A DNA stretch of 15,750 nt from assembly GCA_043779265.1 (NCBI GenBank), contig JAYWEM010000178.1:1-15750 (forward strand). Direction: 5' to 3'. The stretch is from a bacterium. GTDB taxonomy: Bacteria > Eisenbacteria > RBG-16-71-46. Both the position numbers and the translations under genes were made by a program. Positions 1 to 9,291 of the stretch are shown here, piece after piece (the stretch's first letter is position 1; the number at the start of each line of letters is the position of its first letter). The notes under the pieces are model-generated. The model was not told the DNA's origin. It was given only the letters and a program-made list of their open reading frames with translations, and ran no database searches.

Positions 1-632
1 AGGCGGCCGTCCCGCGACATCGCCACCCACGCGATGAGCGCAGCGGCACCGAACGACAACGCCCATGCCGCCGCCGCCGTCGCAGCCGACGGCGAATGCG
101 GCAGCACGAAGAAGAGCGCCACCAGGAGCACGATCCCGGCGCCCGCTTGGGCCAACGCCAGTGTGCGGAAGTCCTCGTAGCCGCGCAGCGCCCAATCCGG
201 AAGCAGTCCGATCGTCGCGAAACTCAGGCCCGCTGCCGCGAGCGGCATCCGCATCGGCTCGGGCACGAGCGCGAGTGCAGGCAGCGCGACCACCGAGAGC
301 CAGCCTGCCGCGCGCATGCGAGCGAAGAGCAGCGACGTCGTGATGCCGGGGGCATCGTCGGGCCGATCGCGCCTGGCCGAGAGCAGTTCACGCGTCGCGA
401 ATCCCGAGTTGGCCGACGCGTCCGCGATCAGCCAGACGTATTGCGCCACGCTCAGCGCCAGCGCGAAGCGGCCGTACTCCTCGACACCGAGCCAGCGCGC
501 CGAGACCAGCGCCAGTGCGAGGGATCCTCCGCGTGCGAATCCGTCCGCGACGAGATTCCACGCCACACGGTCCGCGAGTTGACGTCGCCAGCTGCAGCCC
601 GCGACGGGCGCACCGAGTGCGGGAGCGCTCAC
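1..632 (-). CDS. wzx: Wzx-type polysaccharide flippase / polysaccharide biosynthesis protein (5' part; runs off the left edge)
   Basis: Not in the ORF track because it has no stop in the window. Manual translation from GTG at 632 (GTGA overlap with the upstream stop at 629-631) is open to the edge: MSAPALG...DRVAWNLVADGFARGGSLALALVSARWLGVEEYGRFALALSVAQYVWLIAD...LPDWALRGYEDFRTLALAQ... It has multiple hydrophobic helices and the 'aR.LG.eeYG.F' motif typical of the Polysacc_synt/Wzx N-terminus, and lies downstream of wza/wzz-like genes. Confidence 0.8.
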   Translation of the reverse strand, partial: MSAPALGAPVAGCSWRRQLADRVAWNLVADGFARGGSLALALVSARWLGVEEYGRFALALSVAQYVWLIADASANSGFATRELLSARRDRPDDAPGITTSLLFARMRAAGWLSVVALPALALVPEPMRMPLAAAGLSFATIGLLPDWALRGYEDFRTLALAQAGAGIVLLVALFFVLPHSPSAATAAAAWALSFGAAALIAWVAMSRDGR

Positions 633-1654
633 GCCGCCTGCGCCTCGGGCTCGGCCGTCTCCGAAGCCATCGACGAAGCGCGAAGACCCGTCCACAGGCT
701 GCCGAGGGCAGCGAGCAGTCCGAGTGCGATGCCTGCAGCGACGATGACCGCTTTGCGAGGTGCGCTCGCGAACGCGGGCGTCACGGCCGCGTCGAGCACG
801 TTCAGAACTGGGACGTCGCGCTGCTCATCGACACGCGCCAGCTCGTGCTGGCGCGTCAACGCCAGGACGATCTCCTCCTGCGTGCGAGCCTCTCGCGCGA
901 GCCGCGCGGCTTCGAGTGCGAGCCGCGGATTGCTGCCGCGAAGATTGGACTCCCGAAAGCCACGCAGGGACTCCTCGGCACGCACCAACCGATGCTGCGC
1001 CTCGGTCAATCGCTCCTCGATGAACCGACGTTGTGCCCCGGCCTGCGTCGTCATGCTGTTCACGAGGACATGCTGGAGTTCGCTGCAGGCGGCATTGGCA
1101 ACGGCCGCGGCGCGGACGGGATCGCCGTCCTGGTAGCCGATGCGCAGCAGATTCGTCCTGCGGTCGAGCGCGATGTCGAAGCGCTCACGCAATGCCACGA
1201 GCGCCTGCTCGGTGCGCTGCGGAGTCGCCGTTCCCGGCACAAGCCACACCCGGAGTGGGCGTGACTCCCCTCGTGCGTCAGGAAACGGCTTCTCCAGCAG
1301 CGCGCCGAGTAGACGCCGGCTGCGCAGGATGTCCGGATAGGTCAGGGCATTGCTCGAACTGCCGCGCGAAGGGAGCCCGAGGGCCTCCGCGGAGAGACTG
1401 AGTTGATCGAGTGCCGAGCCGCCGTTGCGCGGCGCCTCGAGCAGCGAGGCGGTGGCGATGTAGGTGCGCGGCAGCACGAAGGCGAGTGCTGCTCCCACGA
1501 TTGCTCCCGCGATCGTGCCGATCAACAGACGCCGACGATGCGGCCACAGCGATCGCACCCGTTCGGCCCAGCTCGGGCTGCCATCGGCCGGCGGAGGCAC
1601 GGCGAACGTGTGCGCGATCCGCACGTGCTGCTCGGAGGGCTCGTGACGACTCAC
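629..1654 (-). CDS. Wzz/GumC-family polysaccharide co-polymerase (chain-length determinant, no kinase domain)
   Basis: 341 aa. N-terminal TM followed by 'LPRTYIATASLL', then 'YPDILRSRRLL', a coiled-coil region and C-terminal 'VLNVLDAAVTP...SAPRKAVIV' plus a second TM (GNVR-like end). GTGA overlaps with both neighbours. Confidence 0.85.
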   Translation of the reverse strand: MSRHEPSEQHVRIAHTFAVPPPADGSPSWAERVRSLWPHRRRLLIGTIAGAIVGAALAFVLPRTYIATASLLEAPRNGGSALDQLSLSAEALGLPSRGSSSNALTYPDILRSRRLLGALLEKPFPDARGESRPLRVWLVPGTATPQRTEQALVALRERFDIALDRRTNLLRIGYQDGDPVRAAAVANAACSELQHVLVNSMTTQAGAQRRFIEERLTEAQHRLVRAEESLRGFRESNLRGSNPRLALEAARLAREARTQEEIVLALTRQHELARVDEQRDVPVLNVLDAAVTPAFASAPRKAVIVAAGIALGLLAALGSLWTGLRASSMASETAEPEAQAA

Positions 1655-3936
1655 TTGCCACCCTGACTGACGAGGAAGTAGGTGGTCGCGGCGCTCGCCA
1701 CGATGCTCATCACGGTCGCGATGTCCTTGAGGCCGTCACTCTTCTCCTCGGCCAAACGAGCGGGCACGAGGATGCGGCTACCGGGCTCCGGCCGTCCGCC
1801 CTTGCGAACGCGTCCGGACGGCGACATCACGACGACGCCGCGCCGATTCGCATCGGCCCGGAAGCCGCTTGCCTGCGTGATGTAGTGAGCCACGCTCGCG
1901 CCGGGCTGATACAGCGCGGTGACCGGGTTGAGCACGGCACCCTCGATCATGACGGTGGGCGTGTGGCGCGGCACGATCAGCGTGTCGCCCGGCATCAGGA
2001 TCAGGTCATGGCGGCTGGCGTTCTGACGCATCGCCCGGGGCAGTTCGATCGCCAGCCGGGCTCCACTCAGACGCGAGAAGCGTGCGCCTTGGGCATAGGC
2101 CTCGGGAGTCAGGCCGCCCGCGCGCTTCATCAGGTCACTCAGGCGCTCATTGCGGCGCGTGAGCGTGTAGGTGCCGGGGAAGCGGACCTCGCCATCCAGC
2201 ACCACGAACTCGGGCTCGCGGTACTCGGGGTTGCGGCGGATGAACACGGCGTCGTGCGCCTGCAGCGCGAACGAGGAGGCCTCGACACACCGCGTCAGAT
2301 CGCGCTGCAGCGGCACCTGCAGCGTGTCGGCGAGCCGCTTGCCCGTGGCGACGCGTGTCAGTTCGGCTCGCACCGCGTAGGCATCATCGGTGAATCCACC
2401 GGCGCGCATCAGCAGGTCGGTGAGCGTCATCCCGTCGAGCAGTTCGTAGCGGCCCGGGGAGCGCACGAGCCCATGGACGGTGACGAGCTGGCGCTCCTCG
2501 AGGTCCCACTTCGAGCGGATCGAGACGTCATCGAGTGCCATCAGCGCGAAGTCCTCGACCGCATCGCCGCTCAGCGCGAGCGAAGGAACGAATCGCAGCG
2601 AGGCCCGCGTCGAATCGCGCAGGGTCCGCACCACCTGGGCCCGGTCGAGATAGGCATCCGGAGTCACGCCGCCCGCCAGCGCGATCAGCTCCGAGACCTT
2701 CATGCCGTCTCGGTACTGGTAGACGCCCGGGCGCAGAACGCCGCGGCCGGTCAGGTTCACGGTATTGGTTCGGCGCTGCGGCAGTTCGAACACGCGCAGC
2801 GAGTCCGAGTCGCGCAGAGCCACATCGGGAAGCTGACCCGAGAGGACCTGTGCCAGCGGCACGTCGATGGCGATGCGGCCCTGTCCGGCCAAGTGCTCGC
2901 GCATCTCGGCCGGCACGATCCGATCGATCTGCGCGCGCGTCACATCCGCCTCGGGCAGCACGCCGCCCGCGATGCGCAGCAGGTCGCGCAGCTCCTCGCC
3001 GTCCTTGAGCTCGATTCGGCCCGAGCGACGCAGCGGTCCCGACACCGAGACTCTGCGCGTCGCCGGCGGCACGAACACGACGTCGCCGTTCTCGAGCCGG
3101 GTCATCTCCTGTCCGGCGCCCTTCAGGATCACATCGTAGAGATCGATATGCGCCACGACCTGTCCGCCTCGCAGGATGCGGACGTCGCGCAGCGAGCCAT
3201 CCAGCGTCGGACCGCCGGCCGCATAGAGGGCGTTGAGTGCGCGAGAGACGGCGCTCAGCGTGTAGCCGCCCGGGCGAACGACATCACCGAGCAGGAACAC
3301 CTGGATGCTGCGCAGCTTGCCGAGCGATAGCGATAGCGACGTGGTCGAACGCCCGTTCGTGCCGCGCAGCCCGGAGTAGACGCGCGCCAGAGCCGCGCGG
3401 ATGCGCTCACGAGCGGCACCCAGCGGCAGGCCACTGACCGCCACCTGCCCGACATCCGGCAGCGTGACCGAACCCTCGCGCGTCACCGTGAGGCTCAGCG
3501 CGAGCTGCGCATCTCCCCACAGTGTCAGCGTCAGCTCATCGCCGGGGCCGAGCGGGTAGTCCTCGCCGACCGGGCCATAGGTGAGGGGTTCGAACGTCGT
3601 GGGGGCCCAGCGGAAGATCTCGAAGCCGAGCGGCTCGCCTGCCACAGGAGCAGGACGCGTCACGCGCGCCAATGTGTCGGGCACGATCGCCGGCTCGAGC
3701 CGCGGAACGAAGGGCCGCGATGCGGCAGCGTTCGTGGACGCGGCCTCGGGTTCCGTGCCGCGCATGCGTTCGCGCACCTCGCGAGGGTCCATGCCATTCG
3801 CGCGCATCGCGGCCTCGATCTCGCGGTCGGAGGGAGCACCGGCTCCCAGACTCTGGCCCAGCGCCGGCAGGGTCACGGCGACGAGCAGCGAGAACGTCAG
3901 GCGGATGGTGCGCCCGAACAAAGTGCCATGCGTCAC
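1651..3936 (-). CDS. Polysaccharide export protein, Wza/KpsD-like, with Poly_export and multiple SLBB domains
   Basis: Contains 'DYPLGPGDELTLTLWG' (Poly_export) and repeated SLBB units (GDVVRPGGY, GLVRSPGRYEL...LTDLLMRAGG, GEVRFPGTY...LSDLMKRAGG). Start moved from the ORF-track 4251 to in-frame GTG 3936, which has a GAGGGG SD and is followed by a signal-peptide-like segment (761 aa). Confidence 0.88.
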   Translation of the reverse strand: MTHGTLFGRTIRLTFSLLVAVTLPALGQSLGAGAPSDREIEAAMRANGMDPREVRERMRGTEPEAASTNAAASRPFVPRLEPAIVPDTLARVTRPAPVAGEPLGFEIFRWAPTTFEPLTYGPVGEDYPLGPGDELTLTLWGDAQLALSLTVTREGSVTLPDVGQVAVSGLPLGAARERIRAALARVYSGLRGTNGRSTTSLSLSLGKLRSIQVFLLGDVVRPGGYTLSAVSRALNALYAAGGPTLDGSLRDVRILRGGQVVAHIDLYDVILKGAGQEMTRLENGDVVFVPPATRRVSVSGPLRRSGRIELKDGEELRDLLRIAGGVLPEADVTRAQIDRIVPAEMREHLAGQGRIAIDVPLAQVLSGQLPDVALRDSDSLRVFELPQRRTNTVNLTGRGVLRPGVYQYRDGMKVSELIALAGGVTPDAYLDRAQVVRTLRDSTRASLRFVPSLALSGDAVEDFALMALDDVSIRSKWDLEERQLVTVHGLVRSPGRYELLDGMTLTDLLMRAGGFTDDAYAVRAELTRVATGKRLADTLQVPLQRDLTRCVEASSFALQAHDAVFIRRNPEYREPEFVVLDGEVRFPGTYTLTRRNERLSDLMKRAGGLTPEAYAQGARFSRLSGARLAIELPRAMRQNASRHDLILMPGDTLIVPRHTPTVMIEGAVLNPVTALYQPGASVAHYITQASGFRADANRRGVVVMSPSGRVRKGGRPEPGSRILVPARLAEEKSDGLKDIATVMSIVASAATTYFLVSQGGK

Positions 3937-4273
3937 GAAAGGCCCCTCGGTGCCGCCTGCGCTCAGGCGGTCACGGATCACCGCATCGCCGATAGCGGCA
4001 TGCGGCCTCCCGATGCACGGGAGTCGGTCCGTGGGACGCGATGCCTCTCGCCGGATCCGGGGGGATCCCGACAGCAGCGCCAACGCGAGCGTCCGAGGGG
4101 TGGCCGTGCGCGTGAGCGCCGCGACGAAGGGTGTCGCGGCCCTGCTTGCTTCCTTCCAGTTCGCGTCGCCTGGAATCCGGCGACACCCCATGCATCGGAC
4201 GGCACTTAGCCGGACTTGAGTGCGAAATGCGCGATGCGTGTCCGCGGGCATTGCGGAGTGCGAGACGCCGCGG

Positions 4274-4303
4274 TTGACAGGCCATTCTCGTCACGCCCAT
4301 CGT
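4274..4303 (+). promoter_or_regulatory. Putative sigma70-type promoter of the histidine kinase operon
   Basis: Perfect TTGACA at 4274-4279, an 18-nt spacer and CATCGT at 4298-4303, about 65 nt before the likely kinase start. Confidence 0.45.
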
Positions 4304-4369
4304 GCGGCGGCATCGAGCGGCGCCTGCTCTGGAGCCTGCTCACCCCCCTGCGGAGGCGCGGACCGAGGC

Positions 4370-5692
4370 GTGCATCGCACTCAGAAGTACACGCTGGGCT
4401 TCGCCGCCGCGGCGATGGCCCTGATCGCCGCCTCCGCGGTGGTCACCTACATCGGTGTGCGGGACAGCTTCGAGCGCGAATTCACGCGCCGGTTGTCGGA
4501 CCTCGCTGAACTCGCCGCCTCGCAGGTGGGCCCCGAGGATCTCGAGGACGTGCGGCGGGCCGGCCCCGAGAGCACCGGCTGGCTCGCGCTCCAGGTCCAG
4601 TTCGAGTCGCTGCGCTCGAGCACCGATCTGTTCGATGTCTCGGTGGTCGACCTCGATCGGCGCGTGCTGTTCGATGTCCGAGAGCCCGAGGAGCGCCATG
4701 GCACGCCGAGTCGGATGGACACGGTGGCCAGCGCTCTGCTCGATACCGCGATCGCGGGCCGCGCCGTCGTCTCGGGCATCTACCGTGTCTCGGGTCGCGC
4801 CACGCGCGCGGCGCTGATGCCGGTGCGAGACGGGGCCTTTGCGGTGGGCGTGCTGGTCGCCGAGGCTCAGCCCACGTGGGACCGAGAGCTGCAGCGATTG
4901 TCCCAGAGACTCGCGCTGGTGGCGCTGCTCGGCATGCTGGCGGTGGCCGCGCTCGCGGCGTTGTTGGTCCGGGCGATCGGCTCGCAACTCTCGCTCGAGC
5001 ACCGCCTGTCGCGCTCGGAGAATCTCGCGGCGATGGGGCGCCTGACCGCGACGCTCGCACATGAGATCAAGAACCCGCTCGCCATCATCCGCGGATCGGC
5101 CAAGCGTTTGGGCAAGCTGGAGCCCGAGGCGCAGCGCATGACGGACTCGGTGATCGAGGAGGTCGACCGCCTGACCAGCACGGTGAGTCGCTACCTGCAG
5201 TTCGCGCGCGTCGGCGAGTCGGTGGGCCGAGGCGGCGATGCCGCGCTGACGATGCGCCAGACGCTCGACCTGCTCGAGGGCGAGTTCGGCTCGCGTCAGG
5301 CCAGGCTCGTTCGCGAGCTGGTCGAACCGCCCGCGTTCGTGCGCATGGACAACGAGGCGCTCAAGCAGGTGTGGCTCAATCTCGTGCTCAACGCACTCGA
5401 GGCCGTGCCGGCGGGCGGCACGGTGCGCGTTCGGATCGCGCTCTCGGGCCCCCTGCTCGAGGCCAGCGTGCAGGACGATGGCCCGGGCTTCCCGGCCGAG
5501 GTCCTGCGACGACTGGGCGAGCCCTTCCAGACGACCAAGGCGCAGGGAAGCGGCCTGGGGCTGTTCCTGTGCCGACGGCTGATCGAGGCCGCGGGTGGCC
5601 GGCTGACGGCCGAGAGCCCGCCCGGTGCAGGGGCCACCGTCCGGGTCAGCCTCCCGCTCGACACTGCATCGGATGCGCCGGGCGGCCGATGA
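4370..5692 (+). CDS. Membrane sensor histidine kinase (HisKA + HATPase_c, two TMs flanking an extracytoplasmic sensor domain)
   Basis: H-box LAHEIKNPL, N-box QVWLNLVLNA, G1 DDGPGF, F-box EPFQTTK, G2 GSGLGL. Start placed at in-frame GTG 4370 (GGAGG at 4352-4356, first TM follows directly) instead of 4220. Confidence 0.93.
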   Translation: MHRTQKYTLGFAAAAMALIAASAVVTYIGVRDSFEREFTRRLSDLAELAASQVGPEDLEDVRRAGPESTGWLALQVQFESLRSSTDLFDVSVVDLDRRVLFDVREPEERHGTPSRMDTVASALLDTAIAGRAVVSGIYRVSGRATRAALMPVRDGAFAVGVLVAEAQPTWDRELQRLSQRLALVALLGMLAVAALAALLVRAIGSQLSLEHRLSRSENLAAMGRLTATLAHEIKNPLAIIRGSAKRLGKLEPEAQRMTDSVIEEVDRLTSTVSRYLQFARVGESVGRGGDAALTMRQTLDLLEGEFGSRQARLVRELVEPPAFVRMDNEALKQVWLNLVLNALEAVPAGGTVRVRIALSGPLLEASVQDDGPGFPAEVLRRLGEPFQTTKAQGSGLGLFLCRRLIEAAGGRLTAESPPGAGATVRVSLPLDTASDAPGGR

Positions 5693-5721
5693 CGGCTACA
5701 GTCCCCATGGGAGGTCTCGCC

Positions 5722-6012
5722 GTGCCCCGACGCATCCGGTTGCTCCTGCTGTTCGCCGTCACCCTCGCCTCGATCAGCGGCTGCTCCAAGCGCAGCCGGT
5801 TCGAGGTGCAGTCCGACACGTGCTGGGATGGCTATGTCGACCGCCAGGCGCGCATCGCCGAGTGCGGTGACAAGAGCTACCAGGTCACCGGGTCGTTCGA
5901 CTGCGTGACCGTGCAGAAGCAGACCCTCAACGGCTACCTGAGGATCCGCATCGAGGGCGGCGCATGGCTGGAGACGACCGAGCCGCTCGGCCTCATCACC
6001 ATCTGCCGCTGA
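5722..6012 (+). CDS. Small putative lipoprotein of unknown function (96 aa)
   Basis: GGGAGG SD at 5709-5714, then GTG 5722: MPRRIRLLLLFAVTLASISG|CSKR..., with a basic N-region, hydrophobic core and lipobox ISGC. It fills the gap between kinase and regulator. An alternative start is ATG 5689 (ATGA overlap with the kinase stop). Confidence 0.75.
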   Translation: MPRRIRLLLLFAVTLASISGCSKRSRFEVQSDTCWDGYVDRQARIAECGDKSYQVTGSFDCVTVQKQTLNGYLRIRIEGGAWLETTEPLGLITICR

Positions 6013-6025
6013 ACGAGGGAGTCGC

Positions 6026-7420
6026 GTGCGCGTTCTGATCGTCGATGACGAAGTGAAGAACGCCGAACTCACCGCGGCCGAGTTGGCGGATGCCGGTTTC
6101 GAGACGCAGTGGGTGAGTGGCGGCGCCGAGGCGCTCCGCATGCTCGAGCAGGCTCGATTCGACGCTGTCGTGACCGATCTGCGCATGGCCCCGCCCGATG
6201 GGCTCGCACTGCTGGCCGAGGTGCGCAAGCGCTGGCCCGAGACGATCGTGATCCTGATGACCGCTTATGCCGCGATGGAAACGGCGCGCCAGGCACTCAA
6301 GATGGGTGCGCATGACTACGTCGAGAAGGAAGGCGACTTCGCCGACGTGCTGGCGATCTCGCTGCGGGAGGCCGGTGAGCGACAGGCGCTCCAGCGCGAG
6401 AACACGCGATTGAGCAAGACCGTCGAATCGATCCGCGAGGGCGCGCTGCCGATCGTGGGCGGAGCCCCCGCGACCCAGCGCGTGCTCGAACTGACCCGCA
6501 AGGTGGCGGTCACGGATTCGAGCGTACTGCTGCGAGGTGAGAGCGGCACCGGCAAGGACCTGTTCGCGCGCAGCATCCATCTGATGAGCCGGCGTGCCTC
6601 GCAGCCGTGGGTCAAGGTCAACTGCGGCGCGCTCCCCGAGGCACTGCTCGAGTCCGAGCTGTTCGGCCACGAGAAGGGCGCCTTCACGGGAGCCGTGCGC
6701 CAGAAGCCGGGACGATTCGAGGACGCCGCCACCGGCACATTGTTCCTGGATGAGGTCGGCGAACTGCCGCTGGCGCTCCAGGTCAAGCTGCTGCAGGTGA
6801 TCGAGGAGAAGACGTTCACGCGGGTCGGCGGCAATTCACCGATCACCGTCGATGTCCGCATCGTCGCCGCCACGAATCGGCCGCTCGAGGAGATGGTGCG
6901 CGAGCGCACGTTCCGCGAGGACCTGTTCTTCCGACTGAACGTGTTCCCGATCACGCTGCCACCGCTTCGCGAGCGCCCCGGCGACGTGCCGCGGCTCGTC
7001 GAGCACGTTCTGCTCCGCCACGGCTCCTCGCTCGAACAACTGCGGCCCGAGGCGATGCGTGCACTCGAGGGCTACCCGTTCCCCGGCAACATCCGAGAGC
7101 TCGAGCACACGCTGGAGCGGGCTCTGATCCTGGCGGGCGATGAGCCGATCGGCACCGAGCACCTGGCGTTCGCCCAGCCCGGCCTGGCGCGCGAGGAGTC
7201 GTGGGTTCCGACCATCCCGGCCGACGGGCTCTCGCTCGAGGCCCTCGAACGCGCGTTGATCGTGCAGGCGCTCGAGCGATCCGCTGGCAACAAGAGCCTC
7301 GCCGCACGGCTCCTCGGCCTGACGCGCCGCACACTCTACTCGCGCATGGAGAAGCATGGCCTGCGCCGCCCGGGCGAAGCAGGCGAGGACGACGCGGCCG
7401 ACGACGGGCCCGACGCCTGA
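6026..7420 (+). CDS. Sigma54-dependent response regulator, NtrC/AtoC/ZraR family (REC-AAA+-Fis HTH)
   Basis: REC domain (LIVDDE, VVTDLRM), Walker A GESGTGKD, intact GAFTGA loop, Walker [29 protein letters not shown] and [33 protein letters not shown]. Confidence 0.96.
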   Translation: MRVLIVDDEVKNAELTAAELADAGFETQWVSGGAEALRMLEQARFDAVVTDLRMAPPDGLALLAEVRKRWPETIVILMTAYAAMETARQALKMGAHDYVEKEGDFADVLAISLREAGERQALQRENTRLSKTVESIREGALPIVGGAPATQRVLELTRKVAVTDSSVLLRGESGTGKDLFARSIHLMSRRASQPWVKVNCGALPEALLESELFGHEKGAFTGAVRQKPGRFEDAATGTLFLDEVGELPLALQVKLLQVIEEKTFTRVGGNSPITVDVRIVAATNRPLEEMVRERTFREDLFFRLNVFPITLPPLRERPGDVPRLVEHVLLRHGSSLEQLRPEAMRALEGYPFPGNIRELEHTLERALILAGDEPIGTEHLAFAQPGLAREESWVPTIPADGLSLEALERALIVQALERSAGNKSLAARLLGLTRRTLYSRMEKHGLRRPGEAGEDDAADDGPDA

Positions 7421-7458
7421 GTTGGAGCGGGGCTGCGCGCCTGAGGTAGTCTGGCCCC

Positions 7459-8127
7459 ATGCACTTCCTGCGCGGCTGGCTGTTCGACAACCTCGGACTC
7501 AAGTTCACGGCACTGCTGCTGGCGGTGCTCGTCTACTTGAACGTGTTCACCGACCGGCCCGCGACGCTCGTCGTGTCGTTCCCCATCGACTACAAGGGAC
7601 TCGCCGACTCGCTGACCCTCTCGGGTCCGGCGCCGAGCGTGGTCGAGGCCGAGTTGCGCGGCACCGGCAAGCAGTTGATCGCCATCCGTGTTCGTGAGCC
7701 GCGTCTGACGGTCTCGCTCGAGGGCGTACACGCCGGACGATTCGACCGGGCGATCGGTGTGAGCGACCTGCCGCTGCCCGAGGACTCGAAGGTGGTGGTC
7801 GAGAAGCTGATGGGTCCGCTCATGCTGGAGCTGACCCTCGATCATCGCGTGACGCGTGAGATCCCGGTGGCGATGATCGTGCTGGGCGAGCCCGCGGCGG
7901 GCTTCGAGTACGCCGGAGCGTGGACGTCGGCGCCGTATCTTGTTCGCGTGACGGGACCCGCTGGTGTGCTCGCAGGGATCGATTCGCTTCGGATGAGCGC
8001 GATCCGCGTGGATGGCCGGCGCGACAGCGTCTCGGCCGAGGTGGGCCCGGAGCATCTGCCCCAGTGGTGCAGCGTCGAGCCGCTCGTCGTGACGGCCGTG
8101 GTGAAGCTGCCGAGGTCCGCCCGGTAG
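7459..8127 (+). CDS. CdaR/YbbR-like membrane-anchored protein
   Basis: The N-terminus 'DNLGLKFTALLLAVLVYLNV' matches the typical YbbR anchor. It is followed by two beta-rich YbbR-like units ('PSVVEAELRG', 'PYLVRVTGP..VL..I'). Confidence 0.75.
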   Translation: MHFLRGWLFDNLGLKFTALLLAVLVYLNVFTDRPATLVVSFPIDYKGLADSLTLSGPAPSVVEAELRGTGKQLIAIRVREPRLTVSLEGVHAGRFDRAIGVSDLPLPEDSKVVVEKLMGPLMLELTLDHRVTREIPVAMIVLGEPAAGFEYAGAWTSAPYLVRVTGPAGVLAGIDSLRMSAIRVDGRRDSVSAEVGPEHLPQWCSVEPLVVTAVVKLPRSAR

Positions 8128-8160
8128 TTCTCGGACCCGGCCCGCTCCGCCTCGCCAGGT

Positions 8161-9291
8161 TCAGTTGCGGCGGCGGCGGCGTTCGAAGTCCTCGGGCTTA
8201 TCGATCGGCATCGCCTTGGCGGCTTCGATGCTGCGCTCGAGCAGCGCGCTGCGTCCCGCGTCCTTGGCGTCGGCCTTCAGATTGTCGAGCGCCAGGAGAT
8301 GGGCCCGCTGCAGGGCCTCGTGCGCCGGGGACTCGATGTCCGGCTTCACCCCGACGCCCTCCCAGTTGGTCTTGGTGACGGGGTTGATGGCGCGGCCGGT
8401 GGCGATGAACGCGGTGTGGTGCGGGGCGAGCCGGAACAGGCCGCCCGGATGCGCCGCACCCGCGGACGTGATCCCGACCACCGTGCCGAGCTTGTGCGAC
8501 TTCACGTTGTAGGCGAACTCCTCGGCGGCCGAGCCCGTCAGGCTGCTGGTGAGCACGTAGACGGGCTTGCCCGCGAGGCGCTTGCCGGGCACCTGCGATG
8601 CGGTGTGGAACTGGATGGTGCGATCGCCCTCACGCTCGTAGAAGTCGTTCAAGTGCAGGCGGTCGCCATCGGCGACGAGATACGTGGTGAGCGTCTGGAT
8701 CATGTCGGGGCTGCCGCCGCCGTTGCGCCTCAGGTCGACGATCAGAGCGTCGCAGTGGGAGAGGAACTGCATCGCCGCGACCGCGACCGGCTGCGCCTCG
8801 GGCGCGCCCGAGAACATGCGCAGGTCCAGATAGCCGACGTTGCCGGGCAGTCGGCGCACCTGCTCGAACCCGAAGTTGCGCATGCGCATCTCCTCGAGCT
8901 GGCGGGCGACCTCCTCGGGCGGCGCGTCATCATCGAGCTGTGCCGGGAACGGCTCCTGGCGGTAGTGCACGCGCATGTGGCCGTCGAACGTCACCGCCTG
9001 CATGTGCGCCGTCAGCGAGTCGGCGAGCACCCGGCCGCTGGTGATGTTGTCGTACTCGCGGGCCTGCAGCCGCTTGCGCAGCGCCTTGGCGAGCGTCGCG
9101 CCCTTGTCGGCGAACACGTAGCGCGCCTGCACCTGCACCATCAGCGACTCGACGACCGCCCGCGAGTAGGCGGCATCGACCGGCGTGTCGGAGTCGAGCG
9201 AGGAGCCCATGCCGGCCTGAGCGTGCAGCGACGACGCGGCGAACAACAGGCTGCCCGCGAGCAGCGGCAGCGTGAGAAGCATCGGTCTCAT
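8161..9291 (-). CDS. Secreted S41-family peptidase (IRBP-like subgroup)
   Basis: Signal peptide, NVGYLDLRMF, LIVDLRRNGGG, 'TGSAAEEFAY' (catalytic Ser motif) and 'TNWEGVGVKPDI'. GGAGGA SD; ATGA overlap with the TetR stop. Confidence 0.92.
   Translation of the reverse strand: MRPMLLTLPLLAGSLLFAASSLHAQAGMGSSLDSDTPVDAAYSRAVVESLMVQVQARYVFADKGATLAKALRKRLQAREYDNITSGRVLADSLTAHMQAVTFDGHMRVHYRQEPFPAQLDDDAPPEEVARQLEEMRMRNFGFEQVRRLPGNVGYLDLRMFSGAPEAQPVAVAAMQFLSHCDALIVDLRRNGGGSPDMIQTLTTYLVADGDRLHLNDFYEREGDRTIQFHTASQVPGKRLAGKPVYVLTSSLTGSAAEEFAYNVKSHKLGTVVGITSAGAAHPGGLFRLAPHHTAFIATGRAINPVTKTNWEGVGVKPDIESPAHEALQRAHLLALDNLKADAKDAGRSALLERSIEAAKAMPIDKPEDFERRRRRN

Noticed and set aside
1411..3330. Long 639-aa plus-strand ORF and other antisense ORFs (96-1136, 8299-9435, 11565-13007)
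   Set aside because: These are shadow ORFs opposite well-supported genes in 70% GC DNA, with Arg/Ala/His-rich composition and no recognisable motifs.
4010..4080. c-di-GMP-I riboswitch-like words (GTGGGACGC..GCCTC, GACAGC) on the plus strand
   Set aside because: It lacks the GNAAA and GCAAAGC conserved tracts and the GNRA loop, and it lies upstream of the putative plus-strand promoter.
4140..4175. SRP (4.5S) RNA-like GGAAGGAAGCA on the minus strand
   Set aside because: The required upstream CAGG and the paired stem of helix 8 are missing (GCGAACT instead of CAGGTCC), so this is probably coincidental.
3937..4369. Sigma54 -24/-12 promoter for the local NtrC-type regulator
   Set aside because: No TGGCAC-N5-TTGC match with correct GG-N10-GC spacing was found by eye on either strand, so regulation of the polysaccharide operon by this system is unsupported.
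8128..8160. Intrinsic terminator between convergent cdaR-like and S41 genes
   Set aside because: No convincing hairpin with a U-tract on either strand.
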